DNA of 64,000 nucleotides from Utricularia gibba (Eukaryota > Plantae > Magnoliophyta): positions 124,001 through 188,000 of the forward strand of contig NEEC01000009.1 in the NCBI GenBank assembly GCA_002189035.1, read 5' to 3'. The translations under genes were made by a program, and so were the position numbers. Positions 11,943 to 24,780 of the stretch are shown here, in pieces. Each line of letters opens with the position of its first letter. Position 1 is the stretch's first letter. A model generated the notes under the pieces. It was not told where the DNA came from, searched no databases, and was given only the letters and a program-made list of their open reading frames with translations.

Positions 11943-14900
11943 ATGGCGTCCAGCCTTATCGGCATCGCGCACTCGCCGTTTTCCCTCGTCTTCCCATCCA
12001 AATGCGCTCCCCGAAACTCGGTGTCTTCTTCTTCGACAGCTGTTTCCTCAATGGCGGCTTCTCGGGGGAAGCCCCGACGGAAAAAGCAGCAGAGTGCGTC
12101 TACTGAACAGAGGACCCCCGACGACAATGGACTTGTGGGAGTTTCAGAAGGAGGCTATTCTCCATCTAGCGCTGAGAAGCTTCTGAGGCTTATTTTTATG
12201 GAGGAGCTGACGGAGAATGCGAGGAAGGGAAACGTTTCAGGAGTTTCTGATGTTTTTTATGATATGATTGCAGCGGGGTTGACGCCCGGACCCAGGTCCT
12301 TTCATGGCCTCGTCGTTTCCCATGTGCTCAATCGCGATGAAGAAGGCGCTGTATGTTCCTTTTTTACTTAGATAATTACGGCTTCAAGGGGTTTTGCTTC
12401 TGAATCGTCGAAACTAAGTTTTCGTTCAATGCGTTCCTTATAATGGCAGATGCACGCGCTTAGAAGGGAATTAAGTGAGGGTCTTCGTCCCCTGCATGAA
12501 ACATTTATCGCGTTGATTCGTCTCTTTGGCTCCAAAGGTCTTGTTACTAGAGGATCAGAGAGCCTTGCGGCCATGGAGAAACTCAACTACGATATTCGAC
12601 AAGCATGGGTGCTTTTTGTTGGTATATTTAAAAACATTTATTATTTTTTTCATGCCTTTTTGGTCGTGTATTTTTACTGTTCCATCATTTGGAATCAGAG
12701 GAGCTCATAAAAAGTGGACATTTAGAAGATGCAAACAAGGTATTCCTGAAGGGCGCTGAGGGCGGCCTCAGAGCTACAGATGAGCTTTATGATCTCATAA
12801 TCGAGGAGGACTGCAAGGCTGCGGATCATTCAAATGCACTGACTATAGCTTATGCAATGGAATCTGCCGGTAGAATGGCAACTACATTTCATTTCAACTG
12901 CCTTTTGAGCGTTCAGGTGATCATTTGGTCGCTAATCATCTTGGGGTGCTCTTGTTTGTTCACCCTCGTATACTTTATTAGTTTTCATTGTTTCTTTTTC
13001 TAGTTTTACATTTTCTTCATTGCTTGTGACGGATTTTCTTAGTTTCACCCACCAAAATGAGTAGTTTTGGATTGTGCTGGAGAATATCTTATGCTTGAAA
13101 AAATAAATAAAATAATCTTTTGGCAGCATAGAGATATGGCTATAAGTAAATGGCATGTTCTTGAATTTCCTTAAGGAGTGGCGTGAGTATTTACTGATAT
13201 CCAGTCTCATCCCCAAACAGATGATAGCTAATTACCCTTGGCATTTTCTATGGATATGGAACGAACTACATGTTCTGTGTCCTAAGGGTATTATTATTCA
13301 TATGGCTCTAGGTCTACTCTGTGAGAAAGTTATTTAGTGTTTATGGACATTAGACTCGAGATGGGCACATACCTTGTATATTTCGATTGGAATGGAGCCT
13401 GAATTACTTTTTTTGTTGACTAGGCTACCTGTGGAATTCCAGAAATTGCTTTCTCCACCTTTGAAAATATGGAATATGGAGAAGGTATGTATTTGAATAA
13501 AAATGATATACAGATGATGGCAATGATATGATTATATTTTTTTTGTTATCATCCCCTGTCATGGCTGACAATTTCAATCATCTATTTCTTGCAATAATCC
13601 TGAAAATGGTAATGGCCCATGTTCCTGACGAATGTTCGTGGTTTTTATAGCTTATATGAAACCTGACACAGAGACATACAATTGGGTGATCCAAGCATAC
13701 ACAAGAGCAGAGTCATATGACAGGCATATCATTTTTGAGAGACAATAAGCATACTCGTTTCTTTCCTCTTATTAAGGAATTGCTAGCCATTTTCTATTTT
13801 TATTTCACCAGTTGATCTGTTTCCTTACGCTGAGTATTGAAATTGATGTTCATGATTCCAATCAGTTTCTATGTGTAGGGTCCAAGATGTTGCAGAGCTA
13901 CTAGGAATGATGGTTGAAGACTACAAACGCTTGCAACCAAATGTGAGAACCTACACGTAAGATTTAGTCTTCTGTAGTTTTTATAACATGAAAACTGAAT
14001 TCTTTCCTGTATCTAAGTTCCACAGCTTTTTAAGGTTGATTCTGCTATTCTGTGGAAATGATTGATTGTATTATAGCACTCTCTCGTAGTGGATTAAAAA
14101 ATGACATATATTTCAGTTAAGCTAATTCTGATTAATGTGGGAGCATCAGCATTTAATGGGACGCCATTTGGGCAGTTTAGATAGCATTTGCATACTGAAA
14201 ACTTGTTATTCATCCCTTCGCACATGTGTTATCAAAATCCCAGTTCATCAGTAATGTTGAATAATTGCTTCATCCTATGGTGTGAATATGCAGTATCTTA
14301 ATGGTATTGACGCATTTAGTATTTTTTTTTAGGCTGTTGGTGGAGTGCTTTACGAAGTACTGTGTAACAAAAGAAGCAATTCGGCATTTTCGTGCACTCA
14401 AAAATATTGATGGTGGGACCCATGTTTTGTATAATGATGGTCAATTTGGAGATCCGCTTTCACTTTATCTGCGGGCATTATGCCGGGAAGGTTTGCTCCA
14501 GTTCTCTTCTCTCTCTACAAGCAAGCAAGCTGTCCTAGTTTTGTCATGTATTTGTTGATCCGCTTTAACATTTTAATCAGGAAGAATTGTGGAGCTTCTA
14601 GAAGCTCTTGAAGCAATGGTGAAAGATAACCAGCCGATTCCGCATAGGGCCATGATCTTGAGTCGGAGATATCGAACACTAGTTAGTTCGTGGATTGAAC
14701 CACTTCAAGAAGAAGCTGAAATTGGCATTGAAGTTGATTACATCGCAAGGTGTGTTTATTTTTGAAGTGCATATGAAGTTTTGGCAGTGATATTCTCTGA
14801 TGAGCCACTACTGTATGTTGTGCCATTTAGTTTGCGTGTATTTCATTTAACTCTAGGTAGGTTCTTAAAAAGTTGCATGTAAACATCTAATCCTGCTTGA

Positions 14901-17032
14901 TCGTAGCAAAAGGGAGGTTGTATAAAACTGTTTGGAGTTCTTCTTTTTGTTCACCACTGCCTTAATGGCCCTTTTTGTAGAGCTGGTTTCCTGTTTACAT
15001 GTTGTTCCGTGTAGCTTGAAGATTTCCATTCAGCTTTCTTTTCTTAAAATTGCCACGCTTGACATAGTTGAAAAATAGGTATATTGCAGAAGGTGGCCTT
15101 ACTGGAGAACGCAAACGATGGGTACCACGCAGAGGGAAAACTCCATTAGATCCTGATGCTGAAGGGTTTATTTACTCAAATCCCATGGAAACATCTTTCA
15201 AACAACGATGCCTTGAAGAAAGCAAAATATATCATCGGAAGCTTTTGAAAATCTTGAGAAATGAAGGAGCTGCTGTGTTGGGGAATGTCTCTGAAAATGA
15301 TTATATTAGAGTTGAAGAGAGATTGAAGAAAATCATTAAAGGCCCCGAACAAAGCTCCCTGAAGCCTAAAGCAGCTAGTAAAATGACTGTATTGGAGCTA
15401 AGAGAAGAGTTGGATGCTCAAGATTTGCCAGTCGATGGCACTAGAAATGTTCTCTACCAGCGGGTGCAGAAGGCTCGTAGAATAAATCGCTCAAGGGGCC
15501 GGCCCCTTTGGGTGCCACCTGTGGTCGAAGAGGAAGAAGAGGTTGCTCTTATGCCTGACCCTAAAAGAAAAAAAAAAAAGCTTTTTTCATTTCTTACATC
15601 ATTTTTTTATTCTTAGATTCCTCAACATCCATGGACTTGGTATGCTACTTAAAGCTGACTGCGTAGTTTGCAAATTTAATGTTTCAGGTTGATTCAGAGT
15701 TGGATGAGTTAATTGCACGTATCAAGTTGGAGGAAGGCAATACGGAGTTTTGGAAACGCCGTTTTATGGGAGAAGACCTGATTGAAAATCATACCAAACC
15801 ACTAGATGTTGAGGAATATGTTGTGTCAGATGATGCTGATGCGGTGGATGATGTTGCTACCGTCGAAGATGAGGAAGTTGATGAAGAAGAGGAAGAGGAA
15901 ACAGACCAATCTGAAAGCCAGCTAAGCGACAGGGTCAAGGATAAGGGAGATCGAGGTTCTAAACCTCCTGAAATGATAGGGGTTCAGTTACTACAAGATT
16001 CTGAACAGAATACTAGCTCACCAAAAAAATCCAAGAGGAGATCATCTCGGATGTACATTGAGGTGCAAAGTCCTATTTTTCTTCTTAAAATTTCCATTTA
16101 AAGTAGGGTTTTAGTACAAACTGAAGTTCTTCATCGTCTTCTGCATAGCTTCTGTTTTTCATTAAGTAGGAGTAAATGAGGTTCGTGCTTTTTCTCCATT
16201 CCATCTATTTGTGTTTGTATGTAAAATATTTATTTGTTCACCTATCGTAATTTTCGAAACTTCAAACTTGTCAATAATTTTGATGTTTCTCCTATGTTTC
16301 AGTTGTGAGGAACACACCACGTGATGCATGTAACGTTATTGCAGGTTGATGATGACGATGATGATTGGTTTCCCATGGATATTCACGAGGCGTTCAACGA
16401 GATGCGGAAAAGGAAGGTTTTTGATGTCTCCGATATGTACACTATAGCCGATGCTTGGGGATGGACATGGGAGAAAGAATTGAAGAATAAAGCTCCAAGG
16501 AGATGGTCCCAGGAATGGGAAGCTGAATTGGCCGTTAAAGTGATGACCAAGGTTATTTATCCCGCTCAAACCCCTCAACTCCTCCTCTGTGCATCAGTAT
16601 GTAATGGCGTCTGTCTAATCATGATTTTCAGGTGATTGAATTGGGTGGGAGGCCAAGCATAGGGGATTGCGGTATGGTACTCCGAGCTGCGATACGGGCT
16701 CCATTGCCCTGCGTCTTCTTACAGATTTTGCAGGCCACACATAGCTTGGGCTATGCTTTTGGCAGGTATGCTCACGCAGTAGGAAGAGCCTAGTTTAGTT
16801 CTGGGATCTCTTAGATTCTTTTTAAAAAAGAAAACGGTTGCGTTGCAGCCCGTTATACGAGGAAGTGATCAGCCTGTGCCTCGACCTGGGCGAGCTGGAT
16901 GCATCAGTGGCGATAGTCGCTGAACTGGAGACGAGCGGAATCCAGGTATCCAATGAAACTCTGGACAGAGTCATCTCTTCTTCTCGGCAAGCCACCGAGT
17001 ACCAAGTTAGCGACGACGATGCGTCTTCATAA
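11943..17032 (+). CDS. PTAC3: Plastid transcriptionally active 3 (PPR-like + SAP domain, PEP-associated). Exons 11943-12350, 12450-12621, 12699-12916, 13424-13484, 13651-13723, 13879-13956, 14333-14490, 14581-14749, 15079-15541, 15688-16062, 16345-16551, 16632-16765, 16849-17032
   Basis: YDMIAAGLTPGPRSFHGLVV, GRMATTFHFNCLLSVQATCGIPE, EGGLTGERKRWVPRRGKTPLDPDA, SAP domain (LREELDAQDLPVDGTRNVLYQRV). All exon phases close without a frameshift. Confidence 0.95.
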
Positions 17033-17521
17033 GCAATGTGATGGGATGCATCTCTTCTGATATTTCTAGTATCTAAACAGCTCTCACCAAATGTAGTAAT
17101 TTATTTGAATTTGGACTAAATAAATGCAGTTGGATTAATTTTTTTATATGGTATTTGACTAGTATGTAAAATAGTCGATGTTTTAAAATACAAAAAAAAA
17201 TCATGATTTAATTATGATTCAATCATACTTTGATATTTTTTTTATAAGAAATAATATATTAAAAAAATCTTGAATCTTGAATCTTTCGCTCACGACCTTT
17301 TTTGTAAGTAAATAAATGATGCGTGTAGTGTATGTTAAATCTGGAATACTCAAAATTGAGATACGCGTTGAATGGAATGGGGGTGATAGGGACCGATCAC
17401 CTACCTGACTGAATGCCCCCCCCGGCTGGGCACCTATCTATCTATCTCATCTTGTCCGTATTTTGCTGGTCAAATTCAACTCTGTGTTTTGTCGTGTGGC
17501 GGAGGGAGATACTCTGCAACT

Positions 17522-17735
17522 GCATATTCACCGCCACATTCCGCCCCTTGCGTGAATCCGATGGATGATTCATTCCACTCTCAATATAATAATATAACAA
17601 ATCCCCGTGGGGCCGGAGGCGACGACGACGACTTCCCAAAAATAAAATCTGAAGCCCCTCTTGGCTTGGCACCGGAACTGGGAATACTCATATCCTATTC
17701 TTCAAGTCAAAAACCCCGAGAATGCAAGTATATTC
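17522..17735 (+). promoter_or_regulatory. Two P1BS motifs (GNATATNC) upstream of AMT1: GCATATTC 17522-17529 and GTATATTC 17728-17735
   Basis: Exact matches to the PHR1 binding-site consensus about 445 and 240 bp upstream of the ATG. Function is not demonstrated. Confidence 0.4.
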
Positions 17736-17972
17736 TGTCTCTTCCATAGATTCCTTTCCTGACTCGCAATGAGGATCCAAAGTCGACAGAAGCTTAGATA
17801 GAGATGATGCGCTCCTTGCAAAAGTCAACGAGAGGCTAGCCGAATAGCATTGGGTTTACCATGTGCGCATGGGGTTGAAGACGCAACTCCTTAGACTTGT
17901 ACCTCTGTGTGTTTATAAGCAAGCACCGAATAACATTAACTCCACTCCTCCTGCATTCCAAGCAGGTCTGGT

Positions 17973-19551
17973 ATGGCGACTCTCCAGAGCTGTGCCACTG
18001 AGCTTAGCGGTCTGTTTGGTTCCGGCGGCAACGCCACCGCTGCAGCGGATTTAATTTGCGGACGCTTCGACACAGCTCAATACGCAATCAACAACACCTA
18101 CCTCCTCTTCTCGGCTTACTTGGTGTTCGCCATGCAGCTCGGCTTCGCTATGCTCTGTGCCGGCTCCGTCCGGGCCAAGAACACCATGAACATCATGCTT
18201 ACCAATGTTCTTGATGCGGCAGCTGGTGGTCTGAGTTACTATCTCTTTGGCTACGCTTTCGCGTTTGGTGTCGAATCCAATGGGTTCATTGGGAAGCATT
18301 TCTTTGGCCTTAAGGACTTTCCCAATCCGGGTGCGGATTATAGCTTCTTTCTGTACCAATGGGCCTTCGCCATTGCAGCTGCAGGTGGGTATTTCTTGGA
18401 ACAAAGTGATTTCTTTTCATCCCCTGGAAAAAGTTCCATAATGTTTTTTTTTTAATTCTCTGTGGCGTATATGATTAGGTATCACGAGCGGCTCTATTGC
18501 AGAAAGAACTCAGTTCGTGGCGTACTTGATCTACTCCATGTTTTTAACTGGTTTCGTGTATCCGGTTGTCTCGCACTGGGTATGGTCCGGCGACGGATGG
18601 CTATCCGCCACAAAGAGCGATGGGAATCCTCTCTTTGGCAGCGGAGCCATCGATTTCGCCGGTTCCGGAGTGGTGCACATGGTAGGCGGCGTAGCGGGTC
18701 TGTGGGCAGCCCTCATCGAAGGCCCGAGAATAGGCCGTTTCGACAGGGCAGGCCGATCCGTCGCGCTGCGAGGCCACAGCGCCTCGCTAGTGGTTCTAGG
18801 GAGCTTCATCTTATGGTTTGGATGGTACGGCTTCAACCCCGGTTCATTCTTGACCATCATGGTGTCCTATGGCACCAAAGGAACCTTCTACGGCCAATGG
18901 AGTGCCGTCGGAAGGACGGCCGTCACGACGACTCTAGCCGGAAGTACGGCTGCCTTGACAACCCTGTTTGGGAAGAGACTACTGGTGGGGCATTGGAATG
19001 TGATCGACGTCTGCAACGGACTGTTGGGTGGATTTGCTGCCATCACTGCAGGCTGCTCTGTCGTTGAACCCTGGGCTGCCATCATCTGCGGCTTTGTGTC
19101 GGCGTGGGTGCTCATCGGATGCAACAAGCTGGCCGAGATATTCAAGTACGATGATCCCCTAGAGGCGGCACAGCTGCACGGCGGGTGTGGTGCATGGGGA
19201 GTTCTTTTCACGGGGCTCTTTGCCACTAAGGAATACGTGCGTGAGGTCTACACAAACATACCAGACCGTCCATACGGGCTGTTTATGGGAGGTGGAGGGA
19301 AGCTCTTGGCCGCGCAAATCATCGAGATTCTTTCAGTTTTCGGTTGGGTTACAGTCACCATGTTCCCTCTCTTCTTCGCACTCCACAAGCTCAACCTTCT
19401 CAGGATTTCCCCCGAGGATGAGTTGTCTGGAATGGATCCTACCAGACACGGAGGGATGGCGTACGTCTACCACGACGAAGACGAAAAATTGCCACCACAG
19501 TTCAAGATGAAGACGATGGAAACTCGTCCTCCTCAACCTGAGGAAGCCTGA
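17973..19551 (+). CDS. AMT1: Ammonium transporter, AMT1 family. Exons 17973-18384 and 18479-19551
   Basis: [88 protein letters not shown]-terminal GMDPTRHGG. One 94-nt GT-AG intron restores [11 protein letters not shown]. Confidence 0.97.
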
Positions 19552-19956
19552 TCAAGATTGCTATCGAATTGGTATAGAGAGAGATCAAGTAGACAGAATA
19601 AGTCATGTAAACATGTTCAATATTGGTGTTGAATTCCAAAGTACGTTAGGATGCTGTGTGTCCTCTTAGAGCAACATTTGTAACAATAGAAGCCATTTCC
19701 TGCAAACTCTGACAAAGAAGCATAGCCCAAAACTAGTGAGGCTCCCAAATCTTCTAAAGCTGAACCATTCCCAAATGCACTTGGCAAAATGATGATTTGA
19801 ACAATCCGTTGAACATAAGGTTTACAGTCAGTTTATGCACGTCAAAATCCTAGATCTAAAGTGCTAAGAGGCTTGCAAAACATGTCCTCCTAGCTCATGC
19901 TATACCATCAATAGTGTGATAACTGGACCTTGTCAAAGGACCATAGAAGCAAGCCT

Positions 19957-21641
19957 TCAACGAGGAAGGCGTCTGGGCTTCAGGGCAAGGCATTCTTTGT
20001 CTTTCCATGGTGGGAATGATCCCTCTTGCACACAATTCTGATTTAAATGCAAAATGAAGCTTTCTCAGTAACCATGCAAGAAGCTAGACATGATGCATAG
20101 ACAAGGTAATATACAACCTGAAGCCAAAAGAAAAAACCTCGCAAAAGACTCAGGCACATTGCTTTATCATATTCAAATCTGGACAGCATGGATTTCAAAT
20201 CTGCTCAAAGGATTACACATGAGTTATGAAGACAAAGGCAGCGTACATGGGGAAGAACAAGACAGATCACGGCACAAAAAATGCAGTTGCAGCTGCCTAG
20301 AATGTTTCAGAATTTCACATGTATAGTAATGATGGAAAAATGATTGAGATCATAAATTCAATCTCAAACACGACAACTTCAGGCATTCAACCAACCTTGC
20401 TGGTGATCCAGATAGGACTTCCCTATAACAGATAATGAGCATGATTTATCCCTTCCATGACGAAAGTCAAAATGTCGCTCAGATGGTTTTCGTACTTGAA
20501 TGTCATGCCAAAGATTTCTATACTCCTCTTCATCATAAGGCTTTACAAGAACATCAGAAACTTGGCGCCTAAATTCAGCTTGGGTGGAAGACACCTTAAA
20601 CTTCGAAGTCTTGTCTGCCCCCTACAAAAAAAGCATCTCAAATCATAACATCCCAAATTATTACCAGAATTTTATCTTAAAACGACAGTGTTCGGATACT
20701 ACTTGAACAGTGGTGGGAATTGATATACATTCATTCTGTTCCCTTTCTTTAAACAATGAAGAAGTCTCTAGAATTTCCACATCAGAGGAGCCACTGTCTG
20801 AGTGCTCGTCTTTTCTCTGATCAAACTCATGGGAAAGCTTCTCATACACAGTAATGCCGTGATCATGATTGAAGAGAAGAAAGGAATCTGAAACCGAACA
20901 ATTATCTAAGAAAAATAAGTATTCTGGATCGATATTCTCTATCTTAAACTTCTTCAATGATATAGGTCGAGTTTTTTTCGAGAAAGACGATGGTCTAGTT
21001 AAGTTGTCCTTCTCTGCAGTGGGAGGTGACTGTGAGCTTTTCTTCTGCTTCTTCACAGTTGCAGACTCAATGGGGGGTTCATCTCTCCTTTTCATACAGC
21101 TTCTAGCTACCCTCCTTGTTTTTTCTCCAGCTGCCTCCTCATCCTTTTCAGCTGTGGGTGCAAATTGCGAGCTTTTCTTCTGCATCTTCATAATTGGAGA
21201 ATCAACATGAGGTTCATCGTTACTTTTCATACGAGTTCTTGCTACCCTCATTTTTTTTTCTTCTGACTGTGCAAGTAAGGATTCATCCATATGATACTTG
21301 ATAATCTTGCCAACTCCTTGTTTCTTGTATTCAAGAAGATACGATGTCTTATATGGCTTCAAATGTTTTAGAAAGAACTGATACTGGGGATTGAAATCGT
21401 TCTCAGCATCACCATCTCCATCACACCGGCCAACATAAGAATCTCCTCTTTGTCTTTTACATAAGTCACTTGTCCCTCCATTTGATGGAATCCTACAACA
21501 GCAACAACAGCAGAAATGGCAACAAGAATTCCCTAATTCATCAATTTCGTCAAGCATCCCACTGAAATCCACTCTTTGGGACCGAGTAGCATGATTAGCA
21601 GCATCACGAAGTAATTTTTCAAGCTTAGACACCTCAGCCAT
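19957..21641 (-). CDS. Uncharacterised plant-specific protein. Exons 21641-20703, 20621-20396, 20200-20118, 20037-19957
   Basis: The long first exon splices in phase to KPYDEEEY..L..RKP..SYLDH, LLRGFFFWLQ and NCVQEGSFPPW, which I recognise as a conserved plant C-terminal module of unknown function. Confidence 0.8.
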
Positions 21642-22857
21642 TTACTCGATCAGCAACAAAACAATTCCACCTGCACACGTTAACGCTACTAAATGTGAGA
21701 ACTTTGTAAGCTATCAGGACCACAAATTTGTGAACCCGGATAACCGATTTGTACCTCACTTCCCACACTCGCCGTCACTCGTGCAACAGTAAAAAAAGAA
21801 AATCCGAACATGTGCACCAAATTCATATTTGCAACTAATTTTTAAAATACAAGCAGCACTGGATTTATCAACTTTCGCATACTTAAGGAGTAGTCACAGA
21901 CGCAGAACATACCGAAATATAAGGAAATGAAAAAAAAAAAGCATACAGATACAAAGGGAAACACGGGCAAAAAAAAGGGGGGGGGGGGGGGGAAGAACAG
22001 GAATCCCGGAACGCCAAAATCACCGCCAGCGAGAACAAGGGCAAATAAGATAATCCCGAAATCTGGAAAAGAGTTAAAGAAAGAAACCAACTCTATAATT
22101 CTTCACAAAAAAGCCCATCAAGATTCACAATTCAGAAGCTAATTGCCCACTTCCATATGAATCATTCCTCCAAAAGATCCTTGCTTTGAGATTATCATCA
22201 AAATATAAATCCTAGGTTAGAACGCAAAAGCCAACCCCTGGTAATGCGCGCATTAATGAAACAGTAACATCATAGATCGCGGAAGATTGAAACTGAGCAG
22301 AAGATTTGGGGAAGGTTCAAAGGTTCCTCGCTTTGAGGCATCCTTTTATGTTTGTTTTTATTTTTTTATTTTTATTTTTTTTCAAATTGGGCCCCTGAAG
22401 AAAAAATGTTTGATAAATTAAAATAATATGTATTTTAACCACACAATATAAAATCTGTATATTGATTCTAGTGATGGGGCAAAAAAGTAGTAATATTTCA
22501 TTATTGAAATAATATACACGTTTTTATAGAATAGTGTGCAATGAATTTGAGGGATGATTCTATTTAATTGTGTTTAGAAAATTTTGATTTGGCAAAGAGA
22601 TGTTGAGGGGGGGGTGGGCGCCGACCATGAATTCCTAAAGGGGAGAGCATTTTATTTACGAGACTGAGAAAGAAATGGGTCATTGATTGCATAGTATCCA
22701 GATTTCGCTTGCTTTTTGAGTGGATTATGGTAATGTGTCCGGGATTTCATGCATCATTTGTGGCTCCCCATTCAATTCAATGCAAAAGCGGCATCTGATT
22801 GACGTATAAAACTCAGGCACCCACCCCACCACCACCTTCCTCAAATTCCTGTCCGTG

Positions 22858-23504
22858 ATGGGCACCTCCCGGCCGCGCCAGAAGTCGCAGGGGCGGCGGA
22901 AGATCGAGATGAAGCTCATCGAAGACGAGAACGCCCGCACCGTGACGTTTTCCAAGAGGCGGGTCGGGGTGTTCAAGAAGGCTACTGAACTCTCCATCTT
23001 GTGCGGAGCCCGGATCGCTCTCATCATCTTCTCTCTCGCTGGCCGGGCCTACTCCTTCGGCCACCCTGATGTGGATTCCATCATCAACGCCTTCTTCCAC
23101 CGGAACCCGCTGCCGGAGCCAGAGCACTCCGCACACGGCCTGAGGATCAACGATTTGGTGGTGATGCAGATTAAGCAGGAGTTGGATCAGAAGAAGGAGG
23201 AGCTGCAGGCGTTGAAGACCAAGGGGAAGAAACTCACGGCATATCTGGAAGGCAATCCGTTCCAAGTATCCGATGATCGGGTATCCATGCTGGAGATGTT
23301 TCAGCTTCGGGGCTTAGGAAAACACTGGACAAGGTTAGACAGGATGTGTGGTGTCGTTTCAATGAAGATCAAGCAGCAGACGAGGCTCCACTGCAGGGCG
23401 TCGTTGCAAGAGCAGAGAAGGATGCTGAAAACATCGCTAATACTGCGAGTGAGGAAGTGGGTTCTCATGTTGATCCCATTCCATCTGATTGGTTGAGGCT
23501 GTAG
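22858..23504 (+). CDS. Type I (M-alpha, AGL62/AGL61-like) MADS-box factor, intronless, with an apparent 1-bp frameshift at 23309-23312
   Basis: [40 protein letters not shown] and YSFGHP. Adding one G gives the tail [15 protein letters not shown]...PSDWLRL*. Confidence 0.88.
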
Positions 23505-24780
23505 TCTGTAGACATTGAGGGTGAGGGTGAGGGTGTTTGAAAATAATATAACATAATGTATTAATAACCATGTATCACCATAGTTTTTAGTAATGAAATC
23601 ATTTTATTAGTCTTTCAGTTTTGCCCATGTTGATTTAGATATGAATACTCATTTTTATTCTGGCCCCTAAAGGCACTAATAATTTTATGGGATCAAATGC
23701 CTTAATTTTATGTAAAGGCAGTTAAGAGCAATTTTCTTTCTGAATACTTCACTGTGTGGATTTTGGTAGGAGAATTTCTTTCACTGGACCATTTCATGGT
23801 GATTTTTATTCTCATGGTAATATTCCAAGGGGTTTTGAGTGGGTGATTTTTCCGCATTGGAACTTTTTTTATTGGTGGTTTTTATCCCTTGAAACATTGT
23901 TGCGGCTTTCAATTTGGTGGGTCACATATAGGCGATGATTTAGAAAATGAACATTCATATACTCTCTCAACACTTAAATTAATTAAAAATTTTAGTGTTG
24001 ATCAATTTTGCCTCGTTAACAAAAATTAAATATGAAAATTTCAACCTTTCAAAACAGATTGATCAAATTTATATTATACATAACTTGTTAATGATTAACG
24101 TTATAATTATTAAATGAAAAGTTTTTATGATCAAAAGTGTAAATTTAGTGGTTTAAATATATGAGTTAATTAAATTTGATGGCTGTTTCTAGTGAAATGA
24201 ATAAATAATTGATGGTATAGATTGTGATTAAAATAGCCACCATCCCCTTGAAAATATCTTTCTTTGTCTTCTACTAATGCAACCTATATTGCAAGTGAGG
24301 AAGTATGTTCTGATATTCATCCCATTCCATGGGATTGAAAATAACCTTCTTTCTGGTACCTAATCATCCATTTGTCTCCATTTTATACATTCTTTCACTC
24401 TTTGTGTGTGTGAATAGTGAATAGCATTCATTGTAGAAGTAGGCAGGCAAGTAGTGTGATAGGATCTTGTGATGGAGGTGAATATTGTTGGCTGGCTACG
24501 TCTAGGAATTGTACTCTTTCACACCACAAAATTCTTGTTTCCCAAGGCCACAACATTTACTGCTTCCTCGTTCGGTGTAGCAGTGAGATTTGAAATGAGC
24601 GGCAGCCATGAACTCATGCACCTTTATATCACGTAAATCTGTTGGAATTTGAGCTGGTTCATTTACGTTCCAGCAGATGGAAGTTGAAAAATTCATTTTC
24701 TTTTTTTTTGGAGAAGGTGGTTATAAAAGGAAGCCCAAGCCCAGAGTCCATGAATCTGCACTACAAGAAGGGATTACGAA

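Noticed and set aside
17442-17749. Short ORFs upstream of AMT1 on both strands
   Set aside because: No family resemblance. Treated as promoter sequence.
21842-22142. Lys/Gly-rich ORF and a G16 run (21977-21992) as a G-quadruplex element
   Set aside because: The ORF comes from A and G homopolymers in a probable 5' UTR intron, and homopolymer lengths are unreliable in this assembly.
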